48,261 bases of DNA from a virus (lineage: Duplodnaviria > Heunggongvirae > Uroviricota > Caudoviricetes), in IMG/VR virus record IMGVR_UViG_3300033068_001142, positions 1 through 48,261 of that record; one strand, written 5' to 3'. The translations under genes were made by a program, and so were the position numbers. Shown one piece after another: positions 47,297 to 48,261 of this stretch. Position 1 is the stretch's first letter. Each line of letters starts with the position of its first letter. Below the pieces are notes generated by a model, which was given only the letters and a program-made list of their open reading frames with translations, was not told the DNA's origin and ran no database searches.

Positions 47297-47553
47297 TACT
47301 TGCTAGCTTTTACTGCAGTTTTGAATTCTGTGAAAGCTGTGAATTTTGGTTTTAATGTACCATCTTGTTTTTCGAATGGTGCAATTTTACCAAAACCTGG
47401 AATGCTAATTGCGTTACCAGCGATTACTTCTGTTTTGATTAAGTTGAAGAAATCTTCAATAAATTCAATTGTTGCTTTTTTAGTTGCTGTTGAGAAAGCA
47501 TCCATTAATTGTAATTTTTCTGCTAATTCTTTTTTGTTGATTGTGTTTGCCAT
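47296..47553 (-). CDS. HU/IHF-family DNA-binding protein with shortened beta-arm
   Basis: INKKELAEKL..I.IPGFGK..KPKF...FK.AVK. Confidence 0.85.
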   Translation of the reverse strand: MANTINKKELAEKLQLMDAFSTATKKATIEFIEDFFNLIKTEVIAGNAISIPGFGKIAPFEKQDGTLKPKFTAFTEFKTAVKASK

Positions 47554-47618
47554 GTAGGACTCCTTGTAAGTGTGATATGTGTAGTGCTAGGCACTGGAAA
47601 GTACAGCTATAAAAGTGG

Positions 47619-47645
47619 ATGTACTTACCAGTACATAGGTACTGG
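47619..47645. promoter_or_regulatory. Two overlapping, mutually exclusive 7-bp hairpins upstream of HU
   Basis: ATGTACT-TACC-AGTACAT (47619-47636) and CCAGTAC-ATAG-GTACTGG (47628-47645). Confidence 0.45.
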
Positions 47646-47648
47646 GGG

Positions 47649-48209
47649 TCAATGTTTAATAAAGTATACTCCATTGGATTGGGCTTGTTTGGACATACAG
47701 TGTGTGCATGACTGACCGCAAGTAGCTCCAATGTGGGACGGGCAAATGAAAGCACCTGAAGGAGCTTCTTCAAGTTTACCGTAGTTAAGCTTGCCGAAGT
47801 GTAAAGAGTTGATTAGAATGAAGTTAGGGAGAGAGGCTAACTTAGAAAAATCAAACTCACGTAAACGCTTCGTATAAGCATAGAATACGATGGACGGAAA
47901 AGATTCAACAATGACTTGCCAAGAGTCTATGTATGATTGTGAATAGAACTCAGAACTGGCATGTACCCTAAAGTATTTAGGCGGTTTACGTAATGCCCTA
48001 AGTTCTGCTATTATACGTGAAGAGAAATCAGGCTGCAATGATGCTTGGTAACGAGCCTCTCTGGCTTTACGTACGTTAGGCCATCTAGTTTCTTCTCTTC
48101 TAGCGTAGCAGCCTGGGCAAATTCTGCCACATTGAAGCTTAGTAGCTGGCATATTCCACATATACATGTTGTGAAGTTTAGAGTTTCCTGGTTGAATTAG
48201 TCTTTGCAT
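47649..48209 (-). CDS. Gene product 88-like protein (Cys-cluster, radical-SAM-like)
   Basis: WNMPA..CGRICPGCYA (CxxxCxxC), FRVH.S.EFYS.Y..W, FYAYTKR, C-terminal CP..C..C..C. Confidence 0.7.
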   Translation of the reverse strand: MQRLIQPGNSKLHNMYMWNMPATKLQCGRICPGCYARREETRWPNVRKAREARYQASLQPDFSSRIIAELRALRKPPKYFRVHASSEFYSQSYIDSWQVIVESFPSIVFYAYTKRLREFDFSKLASLPNFILINSLHFGKLNYGKLEEAPSGAFICPSHIGATCGQSCTHCMSKQAQSNGVYFIKH

Positions 48210-48261
48210 TATAGTCCTTGTAGTGTATAGATTATTTTTCCTTAAGTATTTTACGTACCTT

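Noticed and set aside
37555-48261. N4-type vRNAP hairpin promoters (C-GNA-G triloop)
   Set aside because: None found by eye; early promoters probably lie outside the window
1-48261. tRNA genes, CRISPR arrays, integrase, terminase, DGR reverse transcriptase, invertible shufflon repeats
   Set aside because: No cloverleaf, spacer-repeat array or diagnostic motifs seen; the tail repeats are protein-level and degenerate

Overview
The window is a contiguous piece of an N4-like (Schitoviridae-type) lytic podophage genome; no host genes, tRNAs or CRISPR arrays were seen. On the + strand (1-37587) lies the late/virion block: tail fibres, an unusual lysis cassette (LapG-like Cys protease, stand-alone PAS protein, holin, spanins, GH108 endolysin), N4-type portal, six small inserted ORFs (one Dps/ferritin-like), N4 gp58/57/56/55/54-like head genes, a 2203-aa repeat-built tail protein, and gp53/52/51-like proteins. 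The virion RNA polymerase follows and is split into two genes. The 2122-aa ORF carries intact T7-family polymerase motifs; the 1703-aa ORF carries the N4 gp50-like C-terminal region plus a compositionally foreign polyvalent-type insert. The only Cys of the first half and the first Cys of the second half sit right at the split. On the - strand (37555-48209) lie small membrane proteins, MazG-like and gp49-like genes, PIN-PhoH, ClpP, DUF5664, an HNH/AP2 homing endonuclease, thyX, nrdAB, RusA-like, a short-armed HU and a GP88-like gene. Endolysin type, promoter style and AT-rich codon use suggest a Campylobacterota host (inference). All family assignments come from recalled motif similarity, not database searches.
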